DNA of 64,000 nt from Clostridia bacterium (GTDB lineage: Bacteria; Bacillota; Clostridia; Lachnospirales; Lachnospiraceae): assembly GCA_003249225.1 (NCBI GenBank), contig QKJQ01000023.1:70373-134372 (forward strand), given 5' to 3'. The notes under the pieces are model-generated. The model did no database searches. It saw nothing but the letters and a program-made list of their open reading frames with translations, and was not told where the DNA came from. This document shows positions 7,743 to 18,800 of the stretch, one piece after another. Made by a program: the position numbers and the translations under genes. Each line of letters begins with the position of its first letter. Position 1 is the first letter of the stretch.

Positions 7743-9482
7743 TTATTTGAATAATTTTAATATTGCAGCCCAGATATCCCGATTTGAAGACCACAGGCTC
7801 TCAAATACACTATTGTCATAGGCAGCCGCGTTCGTACCTGCCGTTACTGTAATCACGGGAATACCCTGATCCAGAACCGCCCATTCAGCCAGACTTCCTC
7901 CCTGCAAACTTCCCTCTGTGTAATTAACAATGGAATACCCGCATGCATACTGCACCGCTGTTACAACCGCATTGCTTGTCTTTCGGACCTCTTCAGTCTG
8001 ACCATAATCCCACAGGATCTGATTGTTATATCCATTATAACAGAGCACAGCCTTTGGCTGCCTGGTCCTGATAAAATCGGCAATTGCCTTTGTTTCTGTC
8101 TCTGATTCTGCTGCCGTTCCCTTGTATCCTGAATTCATCGGTGTTCCTGTACTGATACAGGTATCCCATCCGTAGGAAAAATTTTTATTTATATCCACGC
8201 CCTTCGCGTTAGCAGTCCAGAATTTCAAATAATCAGCAAAGACTAATGAAGTTGGATTGCTGTTGCCGGCAGTCGTAAACCAGGAAGATACATTACTGCT
8301 GATATCGGCCGAAGCGATTCCATCCAGACCATACTGACTGATGAACACACCGTCCGGATTAAGCATCGGTATAACATGGACTATGGTCTTATCAAATAAA
8401 CTGGTCAGCGAACTGCCATCGTAAGAAGCCGTATTATAACATGATACATAATATTCAATCTGTTTCATGACGAGCTGTGTTGTAGTATAATAGCAGCCTT
8501 CCATTCCGGCCACGATAAGAATGGACTGCTCTGCATCAGCATTTCCAATGGCAACATCATAGATCGTTCGTCCGTCTGCAGTACTTCCGATCGAGGAAAG
8601 ATGCATGGAGTCAGGATAAGCCACATCAAGGGCTGTAAGATCTTCTACCATCTGGATATAGTCATATTTAGGATTGTTCAAGGAAACAACCTTCAGACTA
8701 TCCAAACTGCCGGATAATGCTGTATCAGAAGTATTTTCGGTGTCTGTTGTATCGGATGTATCTGCCGCATTCGCACCTACCGCAGAAGAATCTGCACCCG
8801 GTACAGGCGTTGTTCCTGTTGTATCCTCCATCGGATTATCCGTGGTATTCCCATCGCCTTCGAAACTGCTGTCCGTCTCTGTACTGCCATTCTCGTCCGA
8901 TGTACTGCCGTCGCTTCCATCCTCTGTCGCGGTGTCATCAGTAACATCATCTGACTCCTCTTGTTCAACATATGGATCCATATAAGCAGCATAGGCATAA
9001 CAGGTAATTCCCTCAACCAAGATTCTGTCCCAGCCATTACTGCCAATACCGATACGATCAAACACTTCACCATAGGTCGATTTTCTGTAAATTGTATAAT
9101 CTGTTGAGGGACCATAACGAAGATTTAACGTGTTAACGGCCACCATCACTTTATCACTCACCTCCTGATAAGTAACATTCTCAGGTTGGGTGGAGGATTC
9201 GGAAGATGCTCCTGTCTGTGCGGTCTCTGTCGGTGTTACTGTACTGCCTTGTACATCCGCTGCATCAGGGTTTTCTTCCGGTGTCGGTGTAATCGTCTGA
9301 TAACTTTCTGCATCTGTGGTCGTATTGCCTCCCCAGGCAGGATCGTGTTCATATGCCGCCATGCTGTTCTCCTCTGTTTCTGACTGCGCACTGCCTTCAC
9401 AGGCGCTCAAAAAAACACAGGCAGAAAGAACAGCTGCTGCAAGGATAACCGTTCGTCGTTGTATTCTTGTTATTTTTCTCAT
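7743..9482 (-). CDS. Lipoprotein with an SH3b domain, an acidic D/T/S-rich linker and a degenerate M14 carboxypeptidase-like domain
   Basis: Lipobox-like FLSAC. SH3b-like VAVNTLNLRYGPSTDY...WDRILVEG. The M14 scaffold motifs (PMLNPDG, VDINKNF) are kept, but the zinc and catalytic positions are substituted. See the finding. Confidence 0.65.
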   Translation of the reverse strand: MRKITRIQRRTVILAAAVLSACVFLSACEGSAQSETEENSMAAYEHDPAWGGNTTTDAESYQTITPTPEENPDAADVQGSTVTPTETAQTGASSESSTQPENVTYQEVSDKVMVAVNTLNLRYGPSTDYTIYRKSTYGEVFDRIGIGSNGWDRILVEGITCYAYAAYMDPYVEQEESDDVTDDTATEDGSDGSTSDENGSTETDSSFEGDGNTTDNPMEDTTGTTPVPGADSSAVGANAADTSDTTDTENTSDTALSGSLDSLKVVSLNNPKYDYIQMVEDLTALDVAYPDSMHLSSIGSTADGRTIYDVAIGNADAEQSILIVAGMEGCYYTTTQLVMKQIEYYVSCYNTASYDGSSLTSLFDKTIVHVIPMLNPDGVFISQYGLDGIASADISSNVSSWFTTAGNSNPTSLVFADYLKFWTANAKGVDINKNFSYGWDTCISTGTPMNSGYKGTAAESETETKAIADFIRTRQPKAVLCYNGYNNQILWDYGQTEEVRKTSNAVVTAVQYACGYSIVNYTEGSLQGGSLAEWAVLDQGIPVITVTAGTNAAAYDNSVFESLWSSNRDIWAAILKLFK

Positions 9483-9492
9483 GATCTACCCC

Positions 9493-10848
9493 TTACTCTT
9501 TCATGATTGCCAGTAGCTCCTTTACATTCCTGATTCCGATCAGCCGGATCGCGGGATTCTTAATATTTTCCATGTTTACAAAGGGCAGGATACAAGTTGT
9601 ATATCCCAGTTTTGCTGCTTCGCTTACCCTTTGTTCTGCCTGACTTACGCCACGCACTTCACCGGTAAGACCGATTTCTCCAAATGCAGTTACTTTTCCA
9701 TCGACCGGCAGGTTCTTATACCCGGATAATATAGCCAGTACAATGCCAAGATCCAGCGCCGGTTCACTGATTTTCATTCCTCCCGCAACATTTATATAGG
9801 CATCGCAGAAGGATAGCTCAACACCAAGACGCTTCTCCATAACAGCCATCAACAGATTTACTCTGTTATAATCTGTCCCGGCTGCAGTCCTTCTTGGCAT
9901 CTGAAAGTTACTTTTACAGATCAATGCCTGAACTTCAACCAGTATGGTCCTCGTTCCTTCAATGGACGCCGCAACCACTGAGCCTGGTTCTCCTTCCGGT
10001 TTTCCGCGAAGCATATATTCGGACGGATTTCTTACTTCTACCAGCCCGACATTTTGCATCTCGAACACACCGATCTCGTTCGTGGATCCGAAACGATTCT
10101 TTACAGCCCTTAAAATCCTGTAAGAAGCTGTGTTCTCCCCTTCAAAGTAAAGAACCGTATCCACCATATGCTCCAGCATTCTTGGACCAGCCACCGTTCC
10201 TTCTTTTGTTACATGACCAACAATAAATACAGTTACACCTTTTTGTTTTGCCATATGAAGCAACAGACTGGTACATTCCCTCACCTGCGATACACTTCCC
10301 GGTGCTGATGCGACCTCTTCACGGTACATAGTCTGGATAGAGTCAACGACCAGAATGTCCGGTTTAATCTGATCGGTCAGTTCATCTACTGTTTCCAGGC
10401 AGGTCTCCGATATGGCCAGAAGATCCGCTCCAAACGTTCCAAGCCGATCTGCCCGCATCTTGATCTGTTTCAGCGATTCTTCACCTGATACATATAAAAC
10501 CTTGCATTTCTGTGAGAGTTCACGGCACACCTGAAGTAAAAGTGTCGATTTCCCGATACCGGGATCTCCCCCAACTAAAACTAAAGAACCCATCACAATT
10601 CCACCGCCAAGCACGCGGTCGAATTCCTGGATTCCAGTCATCTTTCGTTCTTCTTCATCCGCGCTTACCATGGAAAGCGAAATCGCTTCATTTCTTGCAG
10701 TTTTCGGTCTCGCGCTTCCTGTCGTCTTTTTTTGTTTTGGTTCTTCTACAAATACATCCCAGGCATGACAGCCCGGACACTGTCCGAGCCACTTGCCTGA
10801 TTCATATCCACATTCTTTACAGAAAAATACTGTTTTTGATTTTTGCAT
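9493..10848 (-). CDS. radA: DNA repair protein RadA/Sms
   Basis: Zinc finger CKECGYESGKWLGQCPGC, Walker A GGDPGIGKST, KNRFG motif, Lon-like C-terminal domain. Confidence 0.95.
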   Translation of the reverse strand: MQKSKTVFFCKECGYESGKWLGQCPGCHAWDVFVEEPKQKKTTGSARPKTARNEAISLSMVSADEEERKMTGIQEFDRVLGGGIVMGSLVLVGGDPGIGKSTLLLQVCRELSQKCKVLYVSGEESLKQIKMRADRLGTFGADLLAISETCLETVDELTDQIKPDILVVDSIQTMYREEVASAPGSVSQVRECTSLLLHMAKQKGVTVFIVGHVTKEGTVAGPRMLEHMVDTVLYFEGENTASYRILRAVKNRFGSTNEIGVFEMQNVGLVEVRNPSEYMLRGKPEGEPGSVVAASIEGTRTILVEVQALICKSNFQMPRRTAAGTDYNRVNLLMAVMEKRLGVELSFCDAYINVAGGMKISEPALDLGIVLAILSGYKNLPVDGKVTAFGEIGLTGEVRGVSQAEQRVSEAAKLGYTTCILPFVNMENIKNPAIRLIGIRNVKELLAIMKE

Positions 10849-10868
10849 AGCTGCTTATGACTCCAAAT

Positions 10869-11285
10869 TTATGCACATTTAACGGCCTTCACTGCGACTT
10901 TCTGATTACAACCCATTTCCACGCTTAAGTTCAGCTTACCTGAAAGATTGGTCTTCATTTTACCAACATTCATTTCATCAACAAATATTTCGTATTCCTG
11001 TCCTTCTTCAAGTTCTAATGTGATCTGAACATCATCTGCACCTGTCACATAGAAATCAACTGACTTGTCTGTCATGGAAAAGTTTGTTACTGTCGTACCC
11101 GGAACGGATTCATATACAAATTTTTCATTCTTCTCTAATTTTGTAATCTCATAAAACGTTTTTACCTTATACAAATCCCCATTAAACTCAAAATCAGAAA
11201 ACTTAGACTTTTCCTTTAATGTGTGGTCACCAAAACTAATCGTTCCATCTGCTTCTTTGCGAATCAATGTTGCATTGTCCGACAT
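10869..11285 (-). CDS. Hypothetical 138-aa soluble protein
   Basis: Strong SD (AGGAGGAAATTGTT-ATG). No TM segment and no motif I recognise. It lies between clpC and radA. Confidence 0.55.
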   Translation of the reverse strand: MSDNATLIRKEADGTISFGDHTLKEKSKFSDFEFNGDLYKVKTFYEITKLEKNEKFVYESVPGTTVTNFSMTDKSVDFYVTGADDVQITLELEEGQEYEIFVDEMNVGKMKTNLSGKLNLSVEMGCNQKVAVKAVKCA

Positions 11286-11495
11286 AACAATTTCCTCCTA
11301 ATAATTAACTGCTTTTATTATATACTGATTTTTTACATTCTGACTACCAGTATTTTCTTATATTTTTGTTAAGTCCTTACGAAAAAACACTTAACATTCT
11401 GTTCCATGCAGCTCTTTGTTTACGTTTTCCATTATATAATACTTATTTCGTAAATGCTAGTGTAGAATTCGTGAATCCATAAAAACACCAGCCTT

Positions 11496-13970
11496 CTATA
11501 TCGTTTTTTTCTTTCTTCCCGGTTTTCTTCTTGCTTGGATCACGATCTTTTCTCCATCACTGCTTATCGTTACCGTATCATCTAAAAGCACTTTACCCGA
11601 CAGCACCTCTTCTGCAAGTTTATCTTCAATATGTGTCTGAATTGCTCTTCGCAGCGGACGAGCACCATACTTATCGTCAGATCCTTTTTCCAGCAGGAAC
11701 TCAACTGCATTTTCCTCTACTTTTATTGAAAGATTCATCTGTTCTCTGGATCTTTTTGAAACCGTAGCGATCATGATCCTGATAATGTCACGCAGATTGT
11801 CCTTTGTAAGGGAATGAAAGACAATGATTTCGTCGATACGGTTCAGGAATTCAGGTTTGAATATTGTCTTGACCTCTTCCATAACGCTGTCTTTCATACG
11901 GGCATAATCTGCTTCGTTGTTCTCAACTGTCATAAATCCAAGTTTTTTGGGAGAAATGATGCTCGAAGCACCTGCGTTGGATGTCATAATAATAATTGTA
12001 TTCTTAAAGCTTACCTTTCTTCCCTGCGAATCTGTAATGTGTCCATCATCAAGCACCTGCAATAATATATTAAATACATCCGGATGTGCTTTTTCGATCT
12101 CATCAAACAATATGACGGAATACGGTTTTTTTCTGACCTTTTCGCTCAGCTGCCCGCCTTCATCATATCCGACATAGCCGGGTGGTGAACCGATCATCTT
12201 AGAAACGCTGTGCTTTTCCATGTACTCCGACATATCCACACGAATTACCGATGCTTCGTCTCCAAAAACAGCTTCCGCCAGTGCCTTTGATAACTCTGTC
12301 TTACCAACACCGGTAGGTCCGAGGAACAAAAAGGATCCGGTCGGCCGGTTCGGGTCTTTTAGTCCGACACGTCCGCGTCTGATTGCTTTTGCTACAGCAT
12401 TCACTGCTTCTTCTTGTCCAATGACTCTTTGATGAAGGGTGTCCTCGAGTTTAAGAAGCCTCTCGCTCTCACCTTCGGTCAGCTTTGAGACCGGAATATT
12501 TGTCCAGTCTGAAACCATCTGCGCAATATCATTCTCATGCAATACCATCTTATTTGCACTCTTCATTGTAACGAATTCTGCTTTTTTCTGGTTCAGTTCG
12601 ATCAGGTATTTGTCCTGTTTTTTTGTTATTCTTCTGGCCTTTGCATAATCCTGTGCGGCCAGAGCTTCTTCACTTTCTTTCCCGAGTTCTTCAACAATGT
12701 CACTTAACAGTTTTATTTCCTGCGGCACCAGACTGCCTGCCAGTTTTGCTTTTGCAGCTGCTTCATCCAGAAGATCAATTGCCTTATCCGGCAGGAACCT
12801 GTCATTAATATACCGGATCGCTAGCTTTACGGCTGCTGTAACAGCATCATCAGAAATAATAAGGTCATGATGTTTTTCATAAATGTAGCGAAGTCCCATA
12901 AGTATCTTTATTGTCTCTTCTTCCGATGGTTCTTCCACCGAAATCGGCTGGAATCTTCGTTCCAGTGCCGCATCTTTTTCAATGTATTTCCGGTATTCTT
13001 CATTTGTCGTTGCACCAATGAGCTGTAATTCGCCTCTGGCCAGTGATGGCTTCAGTATATTGGAAGCATCCAGTGCACCTTCAGCACCGCCTGCACCGAT
13101 AATCGTATGAAGCTCATCAATAAAGAGCAGAATATTTCCGTCACTTACGGCTTCTGCAATAATTTTTTTAATTCTTTCCTCAAACTCTCCGCGGTACTTG
13201 GAACCTGCGACAACTCCGGACAGGTCGAGCATCATAAGTCTTTTTTCTTTTAATATATCAGGAACATCCTGACTGACAATACGAAGTGCCAGTGCTTCCA
13301 CGACCGCGGTCTTACCAACGCCCGGTTCACCGACAAGACATGGATTATTCTTTGTTCTGCGGCTTAAAATCTGAATAACTCGAAGAATTTCTGTCTCTCT
13401 TCCAATGACAGGATCCAGTTTTCCGTCTTCTGCATATTCTGTCAGATCCTTGCTGTACTGATCAAGGGTCGGTGTTTTTGATTTTCCTTTTGTTTTATTT
13501 AAGCTGACTGCCATCTCATTCTTAATATCGGCAGGATCCATTCCTGTAGCACTTAAGGTTTCTGCGTACAGTTTTGGTATATTGACACTCAGTGTATTAA
13601 GAAGACGCACCGCAATACAGTCCTGCTCTTTCAGCAATGCAATCAGTATATGCTCTGTTCCGGCTTCTTCTGAGTTAAGTGCTTCCGCTTCCAGTTTGCT
13701 CTGTTCTATGATTCTTTTTGCTCTTGGTGTATAGACCTCCGGTTCGTCTGATTTTATGGAGGAAGGTGCTGCAATCAGCTGGTTGACCATTTCTATCAGT
13801 TTGTCTTCTTCCACTCCGTTGTTCCGAAGTATCTTCTGCGCCACCCCATCAATTTCCAGGAGTGCGATCAGTATATGCTCTGTTCCGACGTAATTATGGC
13901 TGAGGCGGTTAGCAATATCACCTGCCATTTGTATTACCTGCCACGCTCTTTTCGTAAATTTATCACTCAT
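11496..13970 (-). CDS. clpC: ATP-dependent Clp protease ATP-binding subunit ClpC
   Basis: Duplicated Clp_N repeats, two AAA modules (GEPGVGKT and GPTGVGKT) and a UVR-like middle region. 824 aa. Confidence 0.95.
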   Translation of the reverse strand: MSDKFTKRAWQVIQMAGDIANRLSHNYVGTEHILIALLEIDGVAQKILRNNGVEEDKLIEMVNQLIAAPSSIKSDEPEVYTPRAKRIIEQSKLEAEALNSEEAGTEHILIALLKEQDCIAVRLLNTLSVNIPKLYAETLSATGMDPADIKNEMAVSLNKTKGKSKTPTLDQYSKDLTEYAEDGKLDPVIGRETEILRVIQILSRRTKNNPCLVGEPGVGKTAVVEALALRIVSQDVPDILKEKRLMMLDLSGVVAGSKYRGEFEERIKKIIAEAVSDGNILLFIDELHTIIGAGGAEGALDASNILKPSLARGELQLIGATTNEEYRKYIEKDAALERRFQPISVEEPSEEETIKILMGLRYIYEKHHDLIISDDAVTAAVKLAIRYINDRFLPDKAIDLLDEAAAKAKLAGSLVPQEIKLLSDIVEELGKESEEALAAQDYAKARRITKKQDKYLIELNQKKAEFVTMKSANKMVLHENDIAQMVSDWTNIPVSKLTEGESERLLKLEDTLHQRVIGQEEAVNAVAKAIRRGRVGLKDPNRPTGSFLFLGPTGVGKTELSKALAEAVFGDEASVIRVDMSEYMEKHSVSKMIGSPPGYVGYDEGGQLSEKVRKKPYSVILFDEIEKAHPDVFNILLQVLDDGHITDSQGRKVSFKNTIIIMTSNAGASSIISPKKLGFMTVENNEADYARMKDSVMEEVKTIFKPEFLNRIDEIIVFHSLTKDNLRDIIRIMIATVSKRSREQMNLSIKVEENAVEFLLEKGSDDKYGARPLRRAIQTHIEDKLAEEVLSGKVLLDDTVTISSDGEKIVIQARRKPGRKKKTI

Positions 13971-13985
13971 TTATAGTCCTTTCCC

Positions 13986-14357
13986 TTAACCTTCAAATTC
14001 ATTCAATACTTCCGTTAAGATTTCGTGTATTTCTTCTTCATTGATATTCTTGCAGATTGCACGAGCCAGGATTGTCCTGAGATCAGTTTTCATCTCTTCT
14101 ATCGCTCGAAGCTTGTCATAATCAAGTGCAATGACAGCTCCTTTTCTTCTGTCAAGTTTTATGTAACCTTCCTGTTTTAATATCGTATAAGCTTTATTTA
14201 CTGTATGCATATTGATTCCAATGTTGTCTGCCAGTTCCCGGACGGAGGGCAGATTGTCACCATCATGGATCTGCGCATTCGCTATACCCATAATAATTTG
14301 ATTCCGAAGCTGTATATAGATAGCTTCATTGCTGTTAAAATCAATCGTAACTATCAT
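13986..14357 (-). CDS. Mini GntR-family (YtrA-like) transcriptional regulator
   Basis: 123 aa. wHTH motif IYIQLRNQI...LPSVRELADNIGINMHTVNKAYTILKQEGYI with a short C-terminal tail. It ends 15 nt before the clpC start. Confidence 0.8.
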   Translation of the reverse strand: MIVTIDFNSNEAIYIQLRNQIIMGIANAQIHDGDNLPSVRELADNIGINMHTVNKAYTILKQEGYIKLDRRKGAVIALDYDKLRAIEEMKTDLRTILARAICKNINEEEIHEILTEVLNEFEG

Positions 14358-14407
14358 AACTACCTCTTTTCTTCTGCTTTCTCACTTTTCGATATCAGAA
14401 GTTATAT

Positions 14408-14448
14408 TTGTTATACAGAAATTATAACAAAATAAGTGTAAATGTCAA
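14408..14448 (-). promoter_or_regulatory. Promoter of the GntR-clpC operon with an overlapping palindromic operator candidate
   Basis: On the minus strand: TTGACA (14443-14448), a 16-nt spacer, then TATAAT (14421-14426). A perfect inverted repeat TTGTTATA-N7-TATAACAA (14408-14430) covers the -10 element. Confidence 0.55.
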
Positions 14449-14495
14449 CCGACACATGCTCGCTTGCTTCTCGTAAGGATCTATGCCTATCAATT

Positions 14496-14535
14496 CAAAA
14501 AGCAGGGAGGTCTGCTGATCAGCAGACCTCTCTGC
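14496..14535 (-). terminator. Rho-independent terminator after the cohesin/cadherin-like gene
   Basis: About 15-bp GC-rich stem centred on ctgctgatcagcag, followed on the minus strand by TTTTT. Confidence 0.8.
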
Positions 14536-14540
14536 CCCTG

Positions 14541-15818
14541 TTAATCTAATTCATCTTCTTTTATTCCCTTAGCTTTCATATAAAAATGGATCAATCCAAG
14601 TAAAAGTAATAAAGTTGAAGCAGACAATGCAGCAATAACAAATCCCAGTTTTGTTACATTCCGGTCGTAATCCTCTGCATTGATCTGGTCAATGATCGTA
14701 TCCGACGTGGTCTCTTCGCTATGCAGTATGATGTCCTCTGCCTGGAAACGCTGTATTGTTTTCTCCACCCTGTCATACCGGTAAAAAGCAGGTTCTTCTT
14801 CCTCTCTCTTTAGTACAAGAAGCAGAAAATCACTTGATTGTGCACTTTCCGGCGCATATGCCGTTATCTGTATTCCGCTGATGATGACTTTTGTTTTCTG
14901 AAATCCCTCCGGGATAACAAGGCTTCCAAGCTCATTTACGACCGTATACGAAAACCCTCCGGAAATGGTAAGGATATCCTGTTCGTCTGTTACCTGTATC
15001 ACCCCAATGGTTCCTATCTCCGGGGTTACTTCAGGCGTCGGAGTTACTTCCTCCACCGGTGCTTCTGTTACCGGAACCAGGGCTTCTTTGTATACATATA
15101 TCACATAGTCTGAAACATTTCCGGCTTCTGCAGTTACATATACATGAACAGAATTCGTTCCATCCGTAAGCGAACGATTGCCCGAAATGGTGACGGTTGC
15201 TGTTGTATCCTGTGTAATGGCGCTGACCAAAAGTTCATCGACGCTGCTTTCAACACTGGTCGTATATTCAAGGACATTGCTGGAAAATACAGGTGATAAA
15301 GTTCCGGGACTGATTTTCAAAGATTCCAGTGCTGCATTCGTCGATGCTTCTGCCGTTGCGTTTACTGTTATGGTGACAGAAGTAGAGGACGCCGACATGG
15401 CAAGCCCGGTTTCATATTCGAATACCTGCGGTTGTCCGGATACCTTAACTTCTGTAGTCTCCGGCTTTAAGGCTTCGAACTTCATAATATACTTTCTTGT
15501 CCCGGTAGTCGAGGATGCGTAGATATCTGATATCTTCAGGGTACCATCTCCCCCTGCTATGCAGGAGGCTCCTGTCTTATATTCCAGAACATCGGGATCA
15601 TACGATACATATCCTTCAAAATCACCAATCGTTGCATCTGCATCAATTGTCAGGTAGACCGTAATAAGGTCTCCGACCATACTTCCTGTTTCCTGAACGA
15701 CAAATCCAATCTCTGCACTTGCAGCCTTTGCTATTGATGCCGGAGATACAAGAATCAGGATGCAGATAATACACAGGTAAATAAATGTCTTTCTTTTAGC
15801 TGCCTGGTGTGATTTCAT
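14541..15818 (-). CDS. Surface protein: signal peptide, cohesin-like domain, cadherin-like beta-sandwich domain, C-terminal TM anchor
   Basis: SD GGAGGGGG precedes the ATG at 15818. GDLITVYLTIDADATIGDFEGYVSYDPDVLEY is cohesin-like. LESLKISPGTLSPVFSSNVLEYTTSV is cadherin-like. A hydrophobic helix lies near the C-terminus. Confidence 0.55.
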   Translation of the reverse strand: MKSHQAAKRKTFIYLCIICILILVSPASIAKAASAEIGFVVQETGSMVGDLITVYLTIDADATIGDFEGYVSYDPDVLEYKTGASCIAGGDGTLKISDIYASSTTGTRKYIMKFEALKPETTEVKVSGQPQVFEYETGLAMSASSTSVTITVNATAEASTNAALESLKISPGTLSPVFSSNVLEYTTSVESSVDELLVSAITQDTTATVTISGNRSLTDGTNSVHVYVTAEAGNVSDYVIYVYKEALVPVTEAPVEEVTPTPEVTPEIGTIGVIQVTDEQDILTISGGFSYTVVNELGSLVIPEGFQKTKVIISGIQITAYAPESAQSSDFLLLVLKREEEEPAFYRYDRVEKTIQRFQAEDIILHSEETTSDTIIDQINAEDYDRNVTKLGFVIAALSASTLLLLLGLIHFYMKAKGIKEDELD

Positions 15819-15845
15819 CAAAATCACCCCCTCCATGTAATTCTA

Positions 15846-18800
15846 TTATTGTTGACTTGGTGCCTCTCTTACTACATTAACAACATACTCTCTGACATTA
15901 CCATTCTCGGCGATGACAGACAATGTCAGTCGGTTGGTTCCTACGATTAGAGGACTGGTTCCTCCACCGGAAAGACTTGCCTTTGTGCTGACAGTCGTGC
16001 CGGATAACGTAACACTCGCACACGAATTATCAACGATCAGATAATATTCCTGATCGGTTGCTATATCGAAGGATGGTGTCAGTGCAAGACTGTTACTGCT
16101 GCTGTCTTTTACTGTCAATGTTTTCAGCCAGTTATTCGGATTGTATGCTGTCGTTGGTACCGGACTGGCTGTGCTTGGCATGTTCAGGTATACCGGAATC
16201 GAAAATACGATCGGCAGGGAAGATACCGTACTGCCATAAGCAGCAAATACTTTTTTACCTTCTGCATAAGGTGCTTCAACATTTGACATGTACTGGTGAT
16301 AATACGTTGATGTCTTTGTCATGTTGAATTTCTGCAGGTAAATTGTATCCTGTCCACGGTTAATATAGTTGCTGCCAAGTATATAGGCTCCACCGACAAT
16401 TGCGCGGTATGGGTCTGTCCAAGGAATCAGGGCTCCCAGATTAAGAGCTGCATCACTGCTGCCATACTGGGCATATTTTAATCCGTTGGCTATGTTACCG
16501 CCTGCAACGGTGCTGTTATATGCTCCAATGTTATAGAAGTTGAATAGACCTTCGAAGCCGGCAACAACGCCACTTATACTGTCACTTACAGTATTGGTAC
16601 CAGTCACTACTTCCTGTTTTACGCGGGAGGCAAGATGATACGGGCTTACATTTGAATATTTTGCAGCTTCGACAAACGTCTGTGCATAGGTAAGGCTCTT
16701 AACCGCCCCTGTTGTGGAATCCGTGTAGGAATAGGAAGTTCCGTAGAACATGGTATTCTTCAGTATATTCTCAATGCCTGCTTCTGTCTGGTACGCTTCT
16801 TTGTAGGTCAGTACTTCGAACTGGAAGATGTAATCTTCCGTCAGCCAGTTTCTTGGATCAACAAAATAAGCAAGACCATTTTTCGATACTGTTACCCAGT
16901 ATGAACCATCGTATACTATAAAACTGTCTGTCTTCCAGTTATACGCACCGCTGTCAAGTGACTTCCATTGAATCCCTTTACTGTTAGGTATTAGATTCTT
17001 ACCAACTTCGTTCTCATTCGCGAGCATTGTATTCCAGTCAATACCGGTCTGATACGCTTCAAATTCCCAATTTGGATACTTCGCATGCAGTGCACGAAGC
17101 AATACTTTATAACTTTCCGGAAAACCTTCGTTTGAGAGTTTCGTTTCAAAATCTTCGTTTAATGTATCACCAGAGCCTGTAATATCTGTTTCATCGTCGG
17201 TTCCTGCTGAATTTGGGAGCAAAATATATTTTGAGTTAACATACCCGATAAAAGGCTCATTATAGTATTCAAAAGATATCTGATACCAGAGGACTCCATC
17301 GACAGTCTCCTGACCCAGCACAGTCACCGTTTTGCTGTTATTGATCGTCACTGCTTTGTCGGTTGAATTGCGAAGTGCAGAACCACTGTTGCCTGCTGCG
17401 TCTTTTACAATCAGCGAACTGGAGACATTCTGAACCGTTGCTTCCCCTGTATAGGGTGTCGGAGTCGGACTTGGGCTCGGACTTGGACTTGGGCTTGGTG
17501 TTGGGGTAGCCGTTACCGCCGGTGTTGGTGTCGCTGTCGGCTTTGGACTAGGGGTCGGTGTTAGTGTTGGTGTTGGAGTCGGCGTTGCTGAAGTGAAGCT
17601 TACATTGGACGTAGCAACATAACCAATATAACTAGTTGCACTGGACGCATACTTTATTTCATACCAATCCACATTATCTTCATTTACTTCTGCAAGTATA
17701 CTGACCAGGGTCCCGGCTTTTAAGCTCAGGATATTTCCTTTTGAATCTTTTACATATACAGCATTGGAATTAGAATCTGACAAAATTTTAGTCTTCGCCA
17801 GAATTTTTGCCGGAACCACATCATCCGAACTCAGGCGAATGTAACTGCTGTGTACATATCCAATGGTCGTTTTCTTGTTTATCTTCACAGCAACGCGATA
17901 CCATACGGAAGTTCCATTGGTAACTTCATTCAAAATGGTGACTGGTGTGTCTTTGCTTAGCTTTGTTATGACATTGCTGGAAGTCGATGCTTTTTCTCTC
18001 ATATTCAGAGAAGTAGCAGTCACATAGGCTGAAATCTGAAAATCTTCATCGGCATCGATCATAACCGTCGGGACCGCAGTCGGTGTTGGCGTTGCTGTTG
18101 GTTTCGGGGTAGGGGTAGGAGTAGGAGTAGCCGAAGACGTTCCTGCGCTAGTTCCATATCCATAAAGTAAAACATCCGAGGCTTTCACATACCCATAATA
18201 TTTCGTACCACTGATGGTCAGCTTCACATAGAACCATTTTGTTCCATTTGCCGTTACTTCATTTAAGACCCAGAGAAGTCTGGACTTTATTAAGACAATT
18301 TCAGTTCCGTCTTTTTCTTTCAGTGTACTGCTTGCATCTGATGTATCAGTATAAAGAACCACATTATTTGCAGATGTCTTCAGGTAGAAGCTCCGATCCG
18401 TTGACAGTGTGACATAGTCGCTGTACATATAGCCGACCTGCATTTTAGAATCCAGTTCAACGGCTACACGATACCAGATGTCACTACCGTCTACTTCCTG
18501 ATTCAAAACATATACGTTCGTCCCATAGGTTGCAGAACCAAGCTTAGTGCTGGCTGTTGTTGCACCGCTTCTAAGGTTCAGAACCGTTGCATTCACAGTG
18601 CCCGGAAGTTCAAAATCCGCATCCGATGCATAGTTGGAAGCAGATGTTGGGGTTGGGGTCGCGGTTGGTTTTGGAGTAGGCGTTGCTGTAACAGCTGCTT
18701 CAGTTTTCGTAATATAGATACTGTAGGCATAACCATGAACGGTAGTTCCGTTGAATACGGCATTGATTTCATACCATCCGCTAATCTCACTAAGAATCTC

